64,000 nucleotides of DNA from Erysipelotrichaceae bacterium (GCA_015059105.1 SVBB01000006.1:12306-76305); one strand, 5' to 3'; counted from the stretch's first letter, positions 45,846 through 55,515 are shown. Numbers and translations: made by a program. Notes: generated from the sequence alone by a model not told the origin.

Positions 45846-46037
45846 ATTGTAATAATTTAATGATAAAAAATCAATACGATTATGGTATCCATCCGTGGCA
45901 GTTATTCGAAAATTTCGAACAACTTGATTTTCGTTTAATTCAGCCGCCGAGAAAAGTTTCTTAAGATGGTAATTAATGGTTTTGATATTTTCATTTGCTT
46001 TTGAAGCGTAATATTGATCATTTTTCAAATTATCCAT
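45819..46037 (-). pseudogene. Probable DUF86/HepT toxin remnant
   Basis: MDNLKNDQYY..K..ENI N-terminus overlaps the MNT gene stop. Only 72 aa and no clean RNxxxH HEPN motif. Confidence 0.55.
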
Positions 46038-46509
46038 ATATTTTTATCCCGTCCTTCATAATTTCGCAGACTAATTCCAAATTGTTTTGTAAATTATTGA
46101 ACCTAATTAAATCAATCCTTTTATGTAGAACAGTTCGAATGGCTTCACTCAATCCAGCAAACTTTAATCCAGTAAGAGAAGTTGATACACATAAATCTAC
46201 ATTGCTGTTGTCTTTTGCGTAGCCTTTTGCATAACTGCCAAACAGATAACAAAATTCAATTTTTCCTTTGTATTCGCTATCAAATAAAGAAGTTAATTCG
46301 TTCTTAATTGTTTCTATTGAAAGCATTCCCTTATCTTCTGTAATTTCATATTTATTCATAAGCTTTTGAATCATTGACTCTCGCTTCAAAGAGTTACCGT
46401 AATCATTATTATTTTCATAACGTATATACGTTCTTAAAGGAATACCAACACTACTAGCCGCCAAAGCTTGCGATATTTGATATTTATTTCTAATTTGTAA
46501 AAGAGTCAT
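46030..46509 (-). CDS. HTH-fused minimal nucleotidyltransferase (MntA-like antitoxin)
   Basis: Xre HTH (ISQALAASSVGIPLRTYIRYE), YLFGSYAKG...SNVDL, KRIDL and EIMKDGI. Confidence 0.88.
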   Translation of the reverse strand: MTLLQIRNKYQISQALAASSVGIPLRTYIRYENNNDYGNSLKRESMIQKLMNKYEITEDKGMLSIETIKNELTSLFDSEYKGKIEFCYLFGSYAKGYAKDNSNVDLCVSTSLTGLKFAGLSEAIRTVLHKRIDLIRFNNLQNNLELVCEIMKDGIKIYG

Positions 46510-46531
46510 ATTTCTATCTCCGATTGCATCC

Positions 46532-46610
46532 TATCATATTTGGCATACGTTTTCAACATATATATGCCATTTTGTCATATTATATTTAATATTCATGCCA
46601 TTTTGTCATA
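46532..46610. promoter_or_regulatory. Repeated pseudo-palindromic operator sites
   Basis: ATGCCATTTTGTCATA occurs exactly at 46564-46579 and 46595-46610, with a partial inverted copy near 46532-46547, upstream of the HTH-MNT gene. Confidence 0.6.
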
Positions 46611-46840
46611 CTTTAGTCATCATACATTGATAGACGCAATAACAACTTTTATTTATCAAGCCATTCCAAACCAGTGGTAGAAAGAATCGAGCCTTGTGCG
46701 GGGCATAACAAAACTCAATCTATCCTATCCTGCTTTTTTGGTGGATATGAGTGTACTTTTAGCCTGTTTTTACATCGTGACAGATGTCGTCGATAATACC
46801 GATTCGGGCAAAAATGGCGATGTTTATTATATTTACATAA

Positions 46841-46866
46841 TAAAAACGACCGTTACAGGTCGTCTC
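46841..46866 (-). terminator. Terminator after tRNA-Trp
   Basis: Minus strand GACGACC-tgtaac-GGTCGTT-TTA. Confidence 0.7.
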
Positions 46867-46877
46867 ATTTTTAGCTG

Positions 46878-46951
46878 TGGCGGGGGCACAAGGACTCGAA
46901 CCCTGATTGACGGTTTTGGAGACCGCTGTACTACCTTTGTACGATACCCCC
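46878..46951 (-). tRNA. tRNA-Trp (CCA)
   Basis: GGGGGTA..GTAC/GTAC..GCGGT-CTCCAAA-ACCGT..CAGGG-TTCGAGT-CCTTG-TGCCCCC-G-CCA cloverleaf. Confidence 0.96.
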
Positions 46952-46961
46952 GTAGGAAATA

Positions 46962-47384
46962 TTATAAGTTCCTTGCGATAGAACTTACAAGAGACATGTC
47001 AACTTTTCCTGAAAAATTTGCTTTGAAATGCTTCATAATAGAAGGCACTGATTTGTCTTCAAGCTTGTTAATTTCCGCTCTGATTTCTTCTTCAGAGAGT
47101 TGACGTGGAAGATAAGCTTTTAATGTCTCTTCTTGTTTAGAAATAGAAGCGATTCTTTCAGTGTTATTAACTTTTACATATCCTTCTTTTTCATCGCTTA
47201 ATTCTTTGATGACCTTTTGGATGATGCTTAAGAGTTCACTATCACCGATTTCTTTCCCTTGGGAACGGGCTTCAACTTCTTGGAGTTTATATTTAGTTAA
47301 AACGACAGATAATGCTGCACGCGCATCACTATCTCTATTTTTCATCGCTTCAATATTTGCTTTTTTGAGTTCATCAATCAACAT
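46962..47384 (-). CDS. GatB/YqeY domain protein
   Basis: EAMKNRD...LKAYLPRQLSEEEI...GKVDM. Confidence 0.9.
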   Translation of the reverse strand: MLIDELKKANIEAMKNRDSDARAALSVVLTKYKLQEVEARSQGKEIGDSELLSIIQKVIKELSDEKEGYVKVNNTERIASISKQEETLKAYLPRQLSEEEIRAEINKLEDKSVPSIMKHFKANFSGKVDMSLVSSIARNL

Positions 47385-47495
47385 AAATATGTCCTCTGAG
47401 TGATTATTATACCAAAATATTTAATAAATTGAATATTTTTATTGTAGGATGAGGACAAAACAAAATATTATTTATACTAACGAGGTACAAAATAT

Positions 47496-48722
47496 ATGAA
47501 CGAAAAGAAATTACAACAATACGCAGAACTCGTCGTCAAACAAGGTATTCACGTTGAAAAGGGTGAAGAAGTTTGGATTACGGGTGGTGTTGAAAACTCA
47601 AAATTCATCGCGAAAGTCGTTGAAGAAAGTTATAAAGCCGGCGCGAAGAAAGTTGTCGTCGACTGGGTGTGCGATGCCACTGCAAGACTCAAATACAAAT
47701 ATGAAACAGTCTCTGAACTCGGCAAAGTCCCACCATACCAATTAGCGAAATTCAAATATGCGGCGAAGAAATTACCATCCAGATTATATATCGATGATGA
47801 AGATCCAGATGCATTCAAAGGTATCGATCCAACCAAGATGGCGAAAGCGAGAATGAAGTCTTATCCAAAAATTAAACCATATAGAGATGCGATGGACGGC
47901 AAATACAAATGGTGTATCGCCGCGGTTCCTTCTAAAGCCTGGGCCAAGAAAATCTTCCCAGATGTTAACGAAGAAGAAGCGATGGAAAAATTATGGGAAG
48001 CCATCTTCTACACTTGCCGTGTTGAAGAAAGCGGCACTAATGATAACTGGGATAAACACAATGCATATTTAATTCAAAAGAGAGATTTATTAGGTTCCCT
48101 CAACCTCAAATATCTCGAATATAAATCATCCACTGGTACTGATTTCAAAATCGAACTCATCAAAGGTATCACCTGGGGTGCTGGCATTGAAAAAACTAAT
48201 CTTGGTAAAACATTCAATCCAAATATTCCAACTGAAGAAGTCTTCACCACTCCTCTTCAAGGAACTGGGGATGGCTTATTAGTAGCGACCAAACCACTAT
48301 CATACCAAGGTCAACTCATCGAAGATTTCTCCATCAGATTTGAAAATGGTAAAGCTGTTGAAGTCAAAGCGAAAAAAGGCCAACAACTCTTAGAACATAT
48401 GATCAAGATGGATGAGAACGCTTGTAAATTAGGCGAATGTGCCTTAGTCCCATATTCATCTCCAATCAACCAAAGCGGCATTCTCTTCTATAACACATTA
48501 TTCGATGAAAACGCAGTCTGCCACGTCGCCTTAGGAGCAGGATTTAAAGAACTCCTCCCTGATGGACCAGAGCTCACTACTGAGCAAGCTTATGAAAGAG
48601 GCATCAACGATTCAATGATTCATGTCGACTTCATGATTGGTTCTCCAGACTTATCCATCGTCGGCATCGATGAAAACGGCAAAAGAATTCAATTATTTAA
48701 AGACGGCACTTGGGCTATTTAA
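47496..48722 (+). CDS. Aminopeptidase, M29 family (PepS/AmpS-like)
   Basis: PNIPTEEVFT, LGECALV, NTLFDENAVCHVALG and NDSMIHVDFMIG. Confidence 0.93.
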   Translation: MNEKKLQQYAELVVKQGIHVEKGEEVWITGGVENSKFIAKVVEESYKAGAKKVVVDWVCDATARLKYKYETVSELGKVPPYQLAKFKYAAKKLPSRLYIDDEDPDAFKGIDPTKMAKARMKSYPKIKPYRDAMDGKYKWCIAAVPSKAWAKKIFPDVNEEEAMEKLWEAIFYTCRVEESGTNDNWDKHNAYLIQKRDLLGSLNLKYLEYKSSTGTDFKIELIKGITWGAGIEKTNLGKTFNPNIPTEEVFTTPLQGTGDGLLVATKPLSYQGQLIEDFSIRFENGKAVEVKAKKGQQLLEHMIKMDENACKLGECALVPYSSPINQSGILFYNTLFDENAVCHVALGAGFKELLPDGPELTTEQAYERGINDSMIHVDFMIGSPDLSIVGIDENGKRIQLFKDGTWAI

Positions 48723-48738
48723 TCAATTAATCAAAAAA

Positions 48739-48770
48739 TAGAAAAAGCGAGGTTTTTCTCGCTTTTTCTA
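48739..48770. terminator. Bidirectional terminator
   Basis: TAGAAAAAGCGAG-gttttt-CTCGCTTTTTCTA. Confidence 0.85.
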
Positions 48771-48782
48771 TGCAAATTTCAA

Positions 48783-49685
48783 TTATTTTATGTCTCGATG
48801 TTTTAAATAATAACGGATGGAATAAACGAATTCAAATGTTCCAAATCCAATCATTAAGACGACATAAACGATCGTATCAATTGGTAAGGAAGCAAGTCTT
48901 TCAAGTGGTAATACTGGAGAGATAGCAGAGATGAACTGCGTGTTATTCATACCGATTAAAACAATCGTTAATGATAAGGCAATTGATAAACCTAAGACTA
49001 TTGAAGCATGGATGATTCCACCCTTAGGAGACTTACGATACACTCCAAAACTATATAAAGCAGTATGGGTCAATATAGCGATTGGAAGAAGCATCGCTAC
49101 GTAGAACGGCCAAGTGAGATAAAGAGTTCTCCACTGGATGAATGCTGGGCCTAATAAATCCGCCCCTAAACGATAGAAGGCAAAGCACGTGAGAAGAGAT
49201 AACGAGATTGTATATAAAACATACTTGAATGTTATCTTTCTTTTCTCTTCATCATCCTTCATCCATTTGTAAGCATTGTAATAACCGCCGATGGAGAAGA
49301 ATAAAATCAATGTATGGGCGACTAAAGAAATCACCATATAGCCTTTAAATGGGTATGGGGAAAGTAAAGATGGATACACCAATGTGCCAGATAAAATGCA
49401 AGAGGCAATACCTAATAAAGAGAACACCCCAAGAATAATCAAATAAGTAAGGGTCATTCTTTTCTTATATTTAGGTGTACGCACATAACGGATGACATAA
49501 ATAGAAGCGAGGATAAAGTCTAAAGTGAATATAAATCCTGGTAGGGATGAGATGACGTCTACCGTTATTTTTGACATCAACATATTCGCAACATCAGAGA
49601 ACAACAAATTGAGACCATAGAAAGTTACTACGGAACCAACTAACACTAAAACGATTAATACGATTGCAGCGGTTTTCTTACTCAT
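48783..49685 (-). CDS. Hypothetical multi-pass membrane protein
   Basis: About 8 hydrophobic segments; overlaps the upstream gene. Confidence 0.75.
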   Translation of the reverse strand: MSKKTAAIVLIVLVLVGSVVTFYGLNLLFSDVANMLMSKITVDVISSLPGFIFTLDFILASIYVIRYVRTPKYKKRMTLTYLIILGVFSLLGIASCILSGTLVYPSLLSPYPFKGYMVISLVAHTLILFFSIGGYYNAYKWMKDDEEKRKITFKYVLYTISLSLLTCFAFYRLGADLLGPAFIQWRTLYLTWPFYVAMLLPIAILTHTALYSFGVYRKSPKGGIIHASIVLGLSIALSLTIVLIGMNNTQFISAISPVLPLERLASLPIDTIVYVVLMIGFGTFEFVYSIRYYLKHRDIK

Positions 49686-50679
49686 TGTTCTTCACCACCT
49701 CATCATATGTATGGAATATTTGACTGATAGTAAAACTATTATCTTCATGTAAAGTGATGACTTGACCACCCATCATGGTTTCAGAATAATAAATTCTATC
49801 TGTGGAATTAACACCATAGGACAAAACGATACCGTTATAGTTGATCGCATAATCATTGAGATGGTCATGCGCGCAGAATACTCCATCTGTCGATCCTAAT
49901 TCATACATCTTGTTATATAATCCGGAATTAATTTTTGGACAACTGACTTTTTCACCTTTTTCACCGATGATATATTCAGCGCCTGCTTCTCCATTTTTAT
50001 ATGCAGTCCAAGCGGTTTCAAATTCAGCAAATGGAATATGGAAGAAGGCAAGGGAACGAACAACTTCACCTTTGACATCACTCACATAATTAATAACGTT
50101 CTCATACCATTCAATCTGGTCTTCTTTGATATAGTCATATCCAAAATAGCTACCGAAATAATAACGGTTGGAATCCATGATTACTATCGTTTCAAATATC
50201 TCTCCACCATCCATCAAATTGATTGCGAAGTTCGCGTTGCCAAAAACATCATCGTCTTGAATATCTTTAAATAAACAATATGAGCCGAAATTATTGAGAT
50301 AACCAGTGAGCCAATCGATTGAGAAATAGCACTGTTCATCATGGTTACCAAATGTTGCAGTCCATGGAATCTTGTGAGAGTCGATGAATTTGAATAATTC
50401 TTCTGCGGTATAGCGAGAGGCAAAAGTGAAAATATCGCCATCGAGAACGATTAAATCTGGGTTAGCATCTTTAATTGTTAAGTCTATAAAATCATAATGG
50501 AGTTTGCGATTATCTTTGTCGCCGATATGAATATCGTTGAGTTGGAGAATCTTAAAATCCTTCTTATAATCCATCTGCAAAATATATTCATCAATCGCGT
50601 GATGAACATTGACGTTTGCGCATGAAGAAAGGGACACCGCAAATAAAGGAAGCAATGGTAGAAGTATTCTTTTATTCAT
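49678..50679 (-). CDS. Calcineurin-like metallophosphoesterase, probable lipoprotein
   Basis: DIH, GD, GNHD, HIP and AHDH motifs; lipobox LSSC after MNKRILL. Confidence 0.88.
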   Translation of the reverse strand: MNKRILLPLLPLFAVSLSSCANVNVHHAIDEYILQMDYKKDFKILQLNDIHIGDKDNRKLHYDFIDLTIKDANPDLIVLDGDIFTFASRYTAEELFKFIDSHKIPWTATFGNHDEQCYFSIDWLTGYLNNFGSYCLFKDIQDDDVFGNANFAINLMDGGEIFETIVIMDSNRYYFGSYFGYDYIKEDQIEWYENVINYVSDVKGEVVRSLAFFHIPFAEFETAWTAYKNGEAGAEYIIGEKGEKVSCPKINSGLYNKMYELGSTDGVFCAHDHLNDYAINYNGIVLSYGVNSTDRIYYSETMMGGQVITLHEDNSFTISQIFHTYDEVVKNNE

Positions 50680-50734
50680 AGTATTATTATCATAACTCAA
50701 TAAAATATTTATTTAAATAAGGATTAATATAGCT

Positions 50735-51250
50735 ATGAAACAAAAAATGGACGAATTCACAAAAGCAAAACTCATATACACTATTGAAATCTCAATCTTT
50801 GCATTAGCCTTCCTCGTCATCGCGATACTTCAAATCGTTCGCGTCATCAAATTTGGGGAAACGCATTTAAGAGTCATCAACTGGATCACCATCTTCGGTG
50901 CTTCTATCGGCGTCCTCGATTTCATCTGGTTTTTAAATTCACCAGTAAGAAGAAAAAAGAATTCAATGCTCGATAAATGTTTGCTCGTTCCTCTAATGAT
51001 TTATATCCTCGTCTTTGACATCATCTGCTTTATCAATTATGAAAATCCACAAGTTGACCTCGCACAAATTATGATTCCAATCGCCTTGATATATGTCTCC
51101 GCAGTTTATACATTAGAAGCTGTTTATCACTGGTATAAACCAGTCCCAATGTTATTCGAAGCTCTTGAAGAAGAAAAAGAAAATCCACAAGAGGAAGTTA
51201 ATCCCGATGTGGATGATAATTCTAACCAAGAAAACAAAGAAGAAAACTAA
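50735..51250 (+). CDS. Hypothetical membrane protein (4 TM)
   Basis: Four hydrophobic segments and an acidic tail. Confidence 0.72.
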   Translation: MKQKMDEFTKAKLIYTIEISIFALAFLVIAILQIVRVIKFGETHLRVINWITIFGASIGVLDFIWFLNSPVRRKKNSMLDKCLLVPLMIYILVFDIICFINYENPQVDLAQIMIPIALIYVSAVYTLEAVYHWYKPVPMLFEALEEEKENPQEEVNPDVDDNSNQENKEEN

Positions 51251-52266
51251 TCGACGAAATGGCCAAATTTGGCTTTTTCTTCATAATCGATATCTAATAG
51301 TTTCAAATCGTTGATGATGTTTTTTGGTTCGCATTCAACATAATAAGATTCAGGCACTTCAATGTTACCGATATCACTATCGACATAAATCGCCATTGGA
51401 CGAGCCACCCCAATCGCATAGGATAGTTGGACTTCACACCACTTGAGGTTCTTTTCTTTTAATAGTCTCTTCGCGATTTCTCTTGCCTTATATGCGGCAG
51501 AGATATCAACCTTAGTAGGATCTTTCCCGTTCATCGACCCACCACCGACATTTGCAAAACCTTCATAAGCATCGACAACGATCTTTCTACCAGTAAGACC
51601 ACTATCCGCAAAAGAACCGCCTAGAAGGAACTTACCAGTTGGATTTATGAGGATTCTGCGGGGTTTTTCAATATTATAGGTCTTGCAAAGGTTCAATATT
51701 TTATTTTTGATTAATTGGTCTGTAATATCACGATGTTCTTCATTATTGCAGTAGCTCACTAGGAAAGTATCAATTGCTACAAGATTGAAATCATCATCGT
51801 ATAAACCGGTGATTTGAGCCTTGCCGTCAGGGTTGAAATTATTGTTAGAATGAGCCAAAGCATCATACCATCTCGATAAGTCTTGAAGGATGACCATCGC
51901 TTTTGGTAAATACTGCTTTGTATCGTTACAAGCATAACCAAACATCATCCCTTGGTCGCCTGCTCCTAAAACATCGACGCCGTCGGAGATATCTTGTGAT
52001 TGTTTAGAGAGTTTGACGATGACGTTATATTCTTCTTTATAGCCGATATCTTTAAGGACTCTTTTGGCAATCGCAGGAATATCAATGTTCGCGTTACTAG
52101 TCACTTCACCGACGACATAGATTTGTTCATCTTTAATCATCACTTCCACCGCAACACGTGATTTCTTATCTCCTTTTAAATATGCGGTTAATAACGCGCC
52201 TGCGATTTGGTCACATATCTTATCTGGATGGCCTCTAAAAACGATTTCATTTGAATATAGCTTCAT
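51247..52266 (-). CDS. metK: S-adenosylmethionine synthetase
   Basis: GHPDKICDQI, GAGDQG, DGKAQ, DSGLTGRKI and GKDPTKVD. Start at 52266 with RBS GGAGG. Confidence 0.95.
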   Translation of the reverse strand: MKLYSNEIVFRGHPDKICDQIAGALLTAYLKGDKKSRVAVEVMIKDEQIYVVGEVTSNANIDIPAIAKRVLKDIGYKEEYNVIVKLSKQSQDISDGVDVLGAGDQGMMFGYACNDTKQYLPKAMVILQDLSRWYDALAHSNNNFNPDGKAQITGLYDDDFNLVAIDTFLVSYCNNEEHRDITDQLIKNKILNLCKTYNIEKPRRILINPTGKFLLGGSFADSGLTGRKIVVDAYEGFANVGGGSMNGKDPTKVDISAAYKAREIAKRLLKEKNLKWCEVQLSYAIGVARPMAIYVDSDIGNIEVPESYYVECEPKNIINDLKLLDIDYEEKAKFGHFVD

Positions 52267-52281
52267 TTGTTTTACCTCCCA

Positions 52282-52307
52282 AAAATAAAGCCCATACATA
52301 GATGGGC
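52282..52307 (-). terminator. SAM riboswitch terminator
   Basis: GCCCAT-ctatgt-ATGGGC-TTTATTTT. GCCCATC can alternatively pair with the aptamer's GATGGGT. Confidence 0.8.
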
Positions 52308-52321
52308 ATCGTTAACTAAGT

Positions 52322-52407
52322 TACCCATCATTCAAGCATTAGCACTTTGCTTTAGCAAGTTGCTGACGGGTCATAGAGCTTGTCTCTCGCCGTACTCTTT
52401 ATGGTGA
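52322..52407 (-). ncRNA. SAM-I-family riboswitch (compact)
   Basis: CCATAAAGAG...GAGAGACAAGCTCTATGA...CAGCAAC...AGTGCTAA...GATGG upstream of metK. Confidence 0.88.
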
Positions 52408-52449
52408 TTAGATTATAGATAATAATAACTATTTTGTAAATATAAATAT

Positions 52450-52659
52450 TTACTTTGTTGGGCCGAGCAAAAGAATAGTAATCACAAGGGCGATGACGAT
52501 CACAAGTAATGCACCCGCGATAATCACTCCTGTCCAAGGAATATCGAAATGCGATTTCTTCTCCTCAGGAGTTTCATCGGCTTTTAAATCCTTTGTTGGG
52601 ATATAGCCCTCTTCTTTTTTCGCTTCTTCTTCTGCGATTCTTCCTCTAGTCTTGAACAT
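52450..52659 (-). CDS. Small C-terminally anchored membrane protein
   Basis: Charged N-terminus and one TM helix; overlaps the upstream gene. Confidence 0.65.
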   Translation of the reverse strand: MFKTRGRIAEEEAKKEEGYIPTKDLKADETPEEKKSHFDIPWTGVIIAGALLVIVIALVITILLLGPTK

Positions 52660-53437
52660 TGTATTTCCTCTTTGCGAATATCATGATGTATGAAATTAAG
52701 AATGTGTTAAGTGGAATGTTGATAAAGCCCACCATTAACTGGGTAATTAGTATCACTGGGTAAGTTTGGAAACCAAACGCGAAACCTTTCATCAATGTGC
52801 CAAATAATATCATGACGAATAATTCGATGATGAAACAGGCGAAGGAGACTTGATAAGCATTGAATAGCTGTGAGTCTTTTCTCTTTTTAAAATATCTTTC
52901 AGTAAAGATGATGCAAATAGTTAAAGCCGCTAATAACGCAAATAAGATAAGAGGGATAGCTATTTTTTGCCATATTTCAATCGTATAAGTTGAACTATAT
53001 AATGTTATTTCATTATTGAGAGTGATGAATAAAGTGACCGCTGTTAATACAGCAGCAAAGGATAACATCTCAACGATAAACATCACCTTTTTATTTTTAA
53101 TTTGACGAATGAGCATAAAGACAAAATAGCTCACAAATCCCATCAATCCATATATCGCTGTAATCTGTGGGAAGAATGACATACTCTTTGGATCGAATAT
53201 TAAATATCCTAATAAGTCTTCTGCTATTCCAATTAATAAACCATACCATGGGCCGAGGAATATCGAAGCGAATATTAATAAAGCACATCCGCCTAATGAG
53301 ATGCGTAAAAATGGAACGACAGGAATATAATTTATCGCTAAAACTTTCTGCAAAATGATAATCAAAGAAATGAGAATACCTGCTAAAGTAATCTTCTGAA
53401 CTTGTGAAAGGTTACTTTTAATCAGTTCGATTTTCAT
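52646..53437 (-). CDS. ECF transporter S component, folate (FolT-like)
   Basis: ITLAGILISL...LRISLG...FLGPWYG..IGIAEDLLG...FFPQIT. Coupled to folC. Confidence 0.75.
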   Translation of the reverse strand: MKIELIKSNLSQVQKITLAGILISLIIILQKVLAINYIPVVPFLRISLGGCALLIFASIFLGPWYGLLIGIAEDLLGYLIFDPKSMSFFPQITAIYGLMGFVSYFVFMLIRQIKNKKVMFIVEMLSFAAVLTAVTLFITLNNEITLYSSTYTIEIWQKIAIPLILFALLAALTICIIFTERYFKKRKDSQLFNAYQVSFACFIIELFVMILFGTLMKGFAFGFQTYPVILITQLMVGFINIPLNTFLISYIMIFAKRKYNVQD

Positions 53438-54651
53438 CTTATTAATTCCTTTTTCACCAAAGAAGCAAACGCTAATGAACCAGTTACCAAAATATTATCA
53501 TCTGGATATTGTTCCATTAATGATTTGATAAGAGCTATATGATCTTCTTCAAAACGATAATCCTCCGCGAAGAGGAAATAGTCCTCATATGTTCTCGCTC
53601 TTGGATGGTCAAACGTTGTTAAAATCACTTCACTACCAGCAAGACCAATTCTTGGTAACATCGTTGTAATATTCTTATCTCTAAAACAGGCAAAGACGAT
53701 ATGAGTCACTGTTCCCGCAAATTTACGGTTATAAGAATCCACTAATGCATTGATACCTTCAGGATTATGTGCACCGTCAACAATGATACGCGGATGTTCG
53801 TTAATCGTTTCCATTCTCACTGGAATAACCACTTCTTTTAACCCTGACTTAATCGCATCTAAAGTAATGTTAAAATGATTCTTCAAAGTCTTGACTGCTT
53901 CAACGGCAATACAAGCATCAGTGATGGAATAATAAGCATCCGAAGATATTTCTAAATCTTTAAAAGTATCGTAGCTAAAACGTATCCCTTTTTCTAATAA
54001 TTCAAAGCTCGCGATTTCACCAATGCGATTGATAGGCGCTTCTTTTTCTTTTGCGATTTCCGCAATAGTGTTAAGCGACTCTTCTTCGACAATATTTCCA
54101 AGCAAAACTGGCACATTTTCTTTAATAATGCCACCTTTATGCGCGGCAATTTCTGTTAAAGTACTGCCTAAAACATGGGTGTGTTCTAACGCGATTGTGG
54201 TGATGATTGATAATATCGGTTCAAAGATATTGGTCGCGTCATATTCGCCGCCCAAACAACATTCGATAACGCAGACATCACACTTATTATTTTGGAAATA
54301 TTTAAAAGCGATAAAGGTCATAATTTCATAAAAAGATAAGTCATACTTTTTAAACATCTTTTCATATTCATCAAATATGCTATTGATGTCGTCATCAGAT
54401 ATATCGACATCGTTGATTTTTATCAGTTCATTGGGCTTATAAAAATATGGAGAAGTAAATGAACCAACCTTATAGCCAGCATTTTTTAAGATGCTAGAGA
54501 TGTAATAAGCTGTACTGCCTTTACCGTTACTACCAGCGATATGAACTGAAGGGATGTTAAAACTAAATTTCTCTTTCTTTAAAAAAGCATCAAAATTATC
54601 TCTTTGATAATCGCCCCTATTAAACTGTTTCATTTTCGTTAAGATGTCCAT
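53434..54651 (-). CDS. folC: Folylpolyglutamate synthase/dihydrofolate synthase
   Basis: HIAGSNGKGS, FTSP, E..LGG..DATN, HKGGIIK, DGAHNPEG and GSL. Confidence 0.92.
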   Translation of the reverse strand: MDILTKMKQFNRGDYQRDNFDAFLKKEKFSFNIPSVHIAGSNGKGSTAYYISSILKNAGYKVGSFTSPYFYKPNELIKINDVDISDDDINSIFDEYEKMFKKYDLSFYEIMTFIAFKYFQNNKCDVCVIECCLGGEYDATNIFEPILSIITTIALEHTHVLGSTLTEIAAHKGGIIKENVPVLLGNIVEEESLNTIAEIAKEKEAPINRIGEIASFELLEKGIRFSYDTFKDLEISSDAYYSITDACIAVEAVKTLKNHFNITLDAIKSGLKEVVIPVRMETINEHPRIIVDGAHNPEGINALVDSYNRKFAGTVTHIVFACFRDKNITTMLPRIGLAGSEVILTTFDHPRARTYEDYFLFAEDYRFEEDHIALIKSLMEQYPDDNILVTGSLAFASLVKKELIR

Positions 54652-55127
54652 TAATAGTCACCTCTTCTCACTTCGCGTTCAATATCACGGTTCTTAATCG
54701 CTTCTTTCTTATCGTAATTCTTTTTACCTTTCGCTAGAGCGATTTCCACTTTGCATCTACCTTTTTTAAGATAAACCTTAGTAGGAACAATCGTATATCC
54801 TTCTGCATTAGTCTTGTGATCAAACCATCTGATTTGTTTTTTATGAAGCAATAATTTACGAGTTCTAAGTGGGTCATGGTTAAAGATGTTGCCATGGTCA
54901 TATGTAGGAATATGCATATTGACGATTTCTGCTTCCCCATTTCTAATGAGAATATAGGCATCACCAATTGAACAGCCTTTAACGCGTAGGGCTTTTATCT
55001 CTGTTCCAAGTAAAGCGATACCACATTCTTCAAAATCGGAAAGAAAATAGTTAAAAGACGCCTTGCGGTTAGATGCAAGAAGACAGTTATTTTTGCTCTC
55101 TTCACGTCCTTTGTTCTTATTAGCCAT
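54651..55127 (-). CDS. smpB: SsrA-binding protein
   Basis: NRKA.FNY, GIAL.GTEIK, RTRKLLLHK and KGKKNYDK. Confidence 0.97.
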   Translation of the reverse strand: MANKNKGREESKNNCLLASNRKASFNYFLSDFEECGIALLGTEIKALRVKGCSIGDAYILIRNGEAEIVNMHIPTYDHGNIFNHDPLRTRKLLLHKKQIRWFDHKTNAEGYTIVPTKVYLKKGRCKVEIALAKGKKNYDKKEAIKNRDIEREVRRGDY

Positions 55128-55172
55128 AATCTCTCCTTAATAGGAAGCGTAAGATATCTTACGTGTTAGATT

Positions 55173-55201
55173 ATTCTATCATTACTCCTAAGCGCGAGCA
55201 A
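55173..55201 (-). promoter_or_regulatory. Sigma-A promoter of the smpB-folC-folT operon
   Basis: TTGCTC-N17-TAGAAT with an extended TG. Confidence 0.6.
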
Positions 55202-55271
55202 CCCGCAAAGAAAATAATTATTTTCAAATCGGTAAACATTTTTATAAATATGTGCTAATATCATTCTTGCT

Positions 55272-55511
55272 ATGGAAAATATTGAGATTGAAATTAACAA
55301 AACATTAGACAAAATTAGACACTTCTTACAGAAAGATGGCGGCGATATCAAATTCGTCTCATTTGCTGATGGCATTGTTTATGTTGAGATGCACGGCGCT
55401 TGTGCCGGATGCTCTTTCGCTAGCGATGATATCAAAGAATTAGTAGAAGTTATTCTCACTGAAGAAGTACCTGGTGTAAAAGAAGTCAAGCTTGCCGAAA
55501 GCAACTTTTAG
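55272..55511 (+). CDS. NifU-domain (Nfu) Fe-S carrier
   Basis: IRHFLQKDGGD...GACAGC. Confidence 0.92.
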   Translation: MENIEIEINKTLDKIRHFLQKDGGDIKFVSFADGIVYVEMHGACAGCSFASDDIKELVEVILTEEVPGVKEVKLAESNF

Positions 55512-55515
55512 TTTT

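Noticed and set aside
46739-46751. CTCATATCCACCA (minus strand) resembling a tRNA-Ala/tmRNA 3' end, as a possible att scar
   Set aside because: Only 13 nt, it does not match the neighbouring tRNA-Trp 3' end and has no partner copy in the window.
46696-47103. 135-aa plus-strand ORF
   Set aside because: It runs antisense across tRNA-Trp and the YqeY gene and is a shadow ORF.
52339-52347. TTAGCACTT as a CIRCE half-site upstream of metK
   Set aside because: It is the reverse complement of the conserved GTGCTAA core of the SAM riboswitch.
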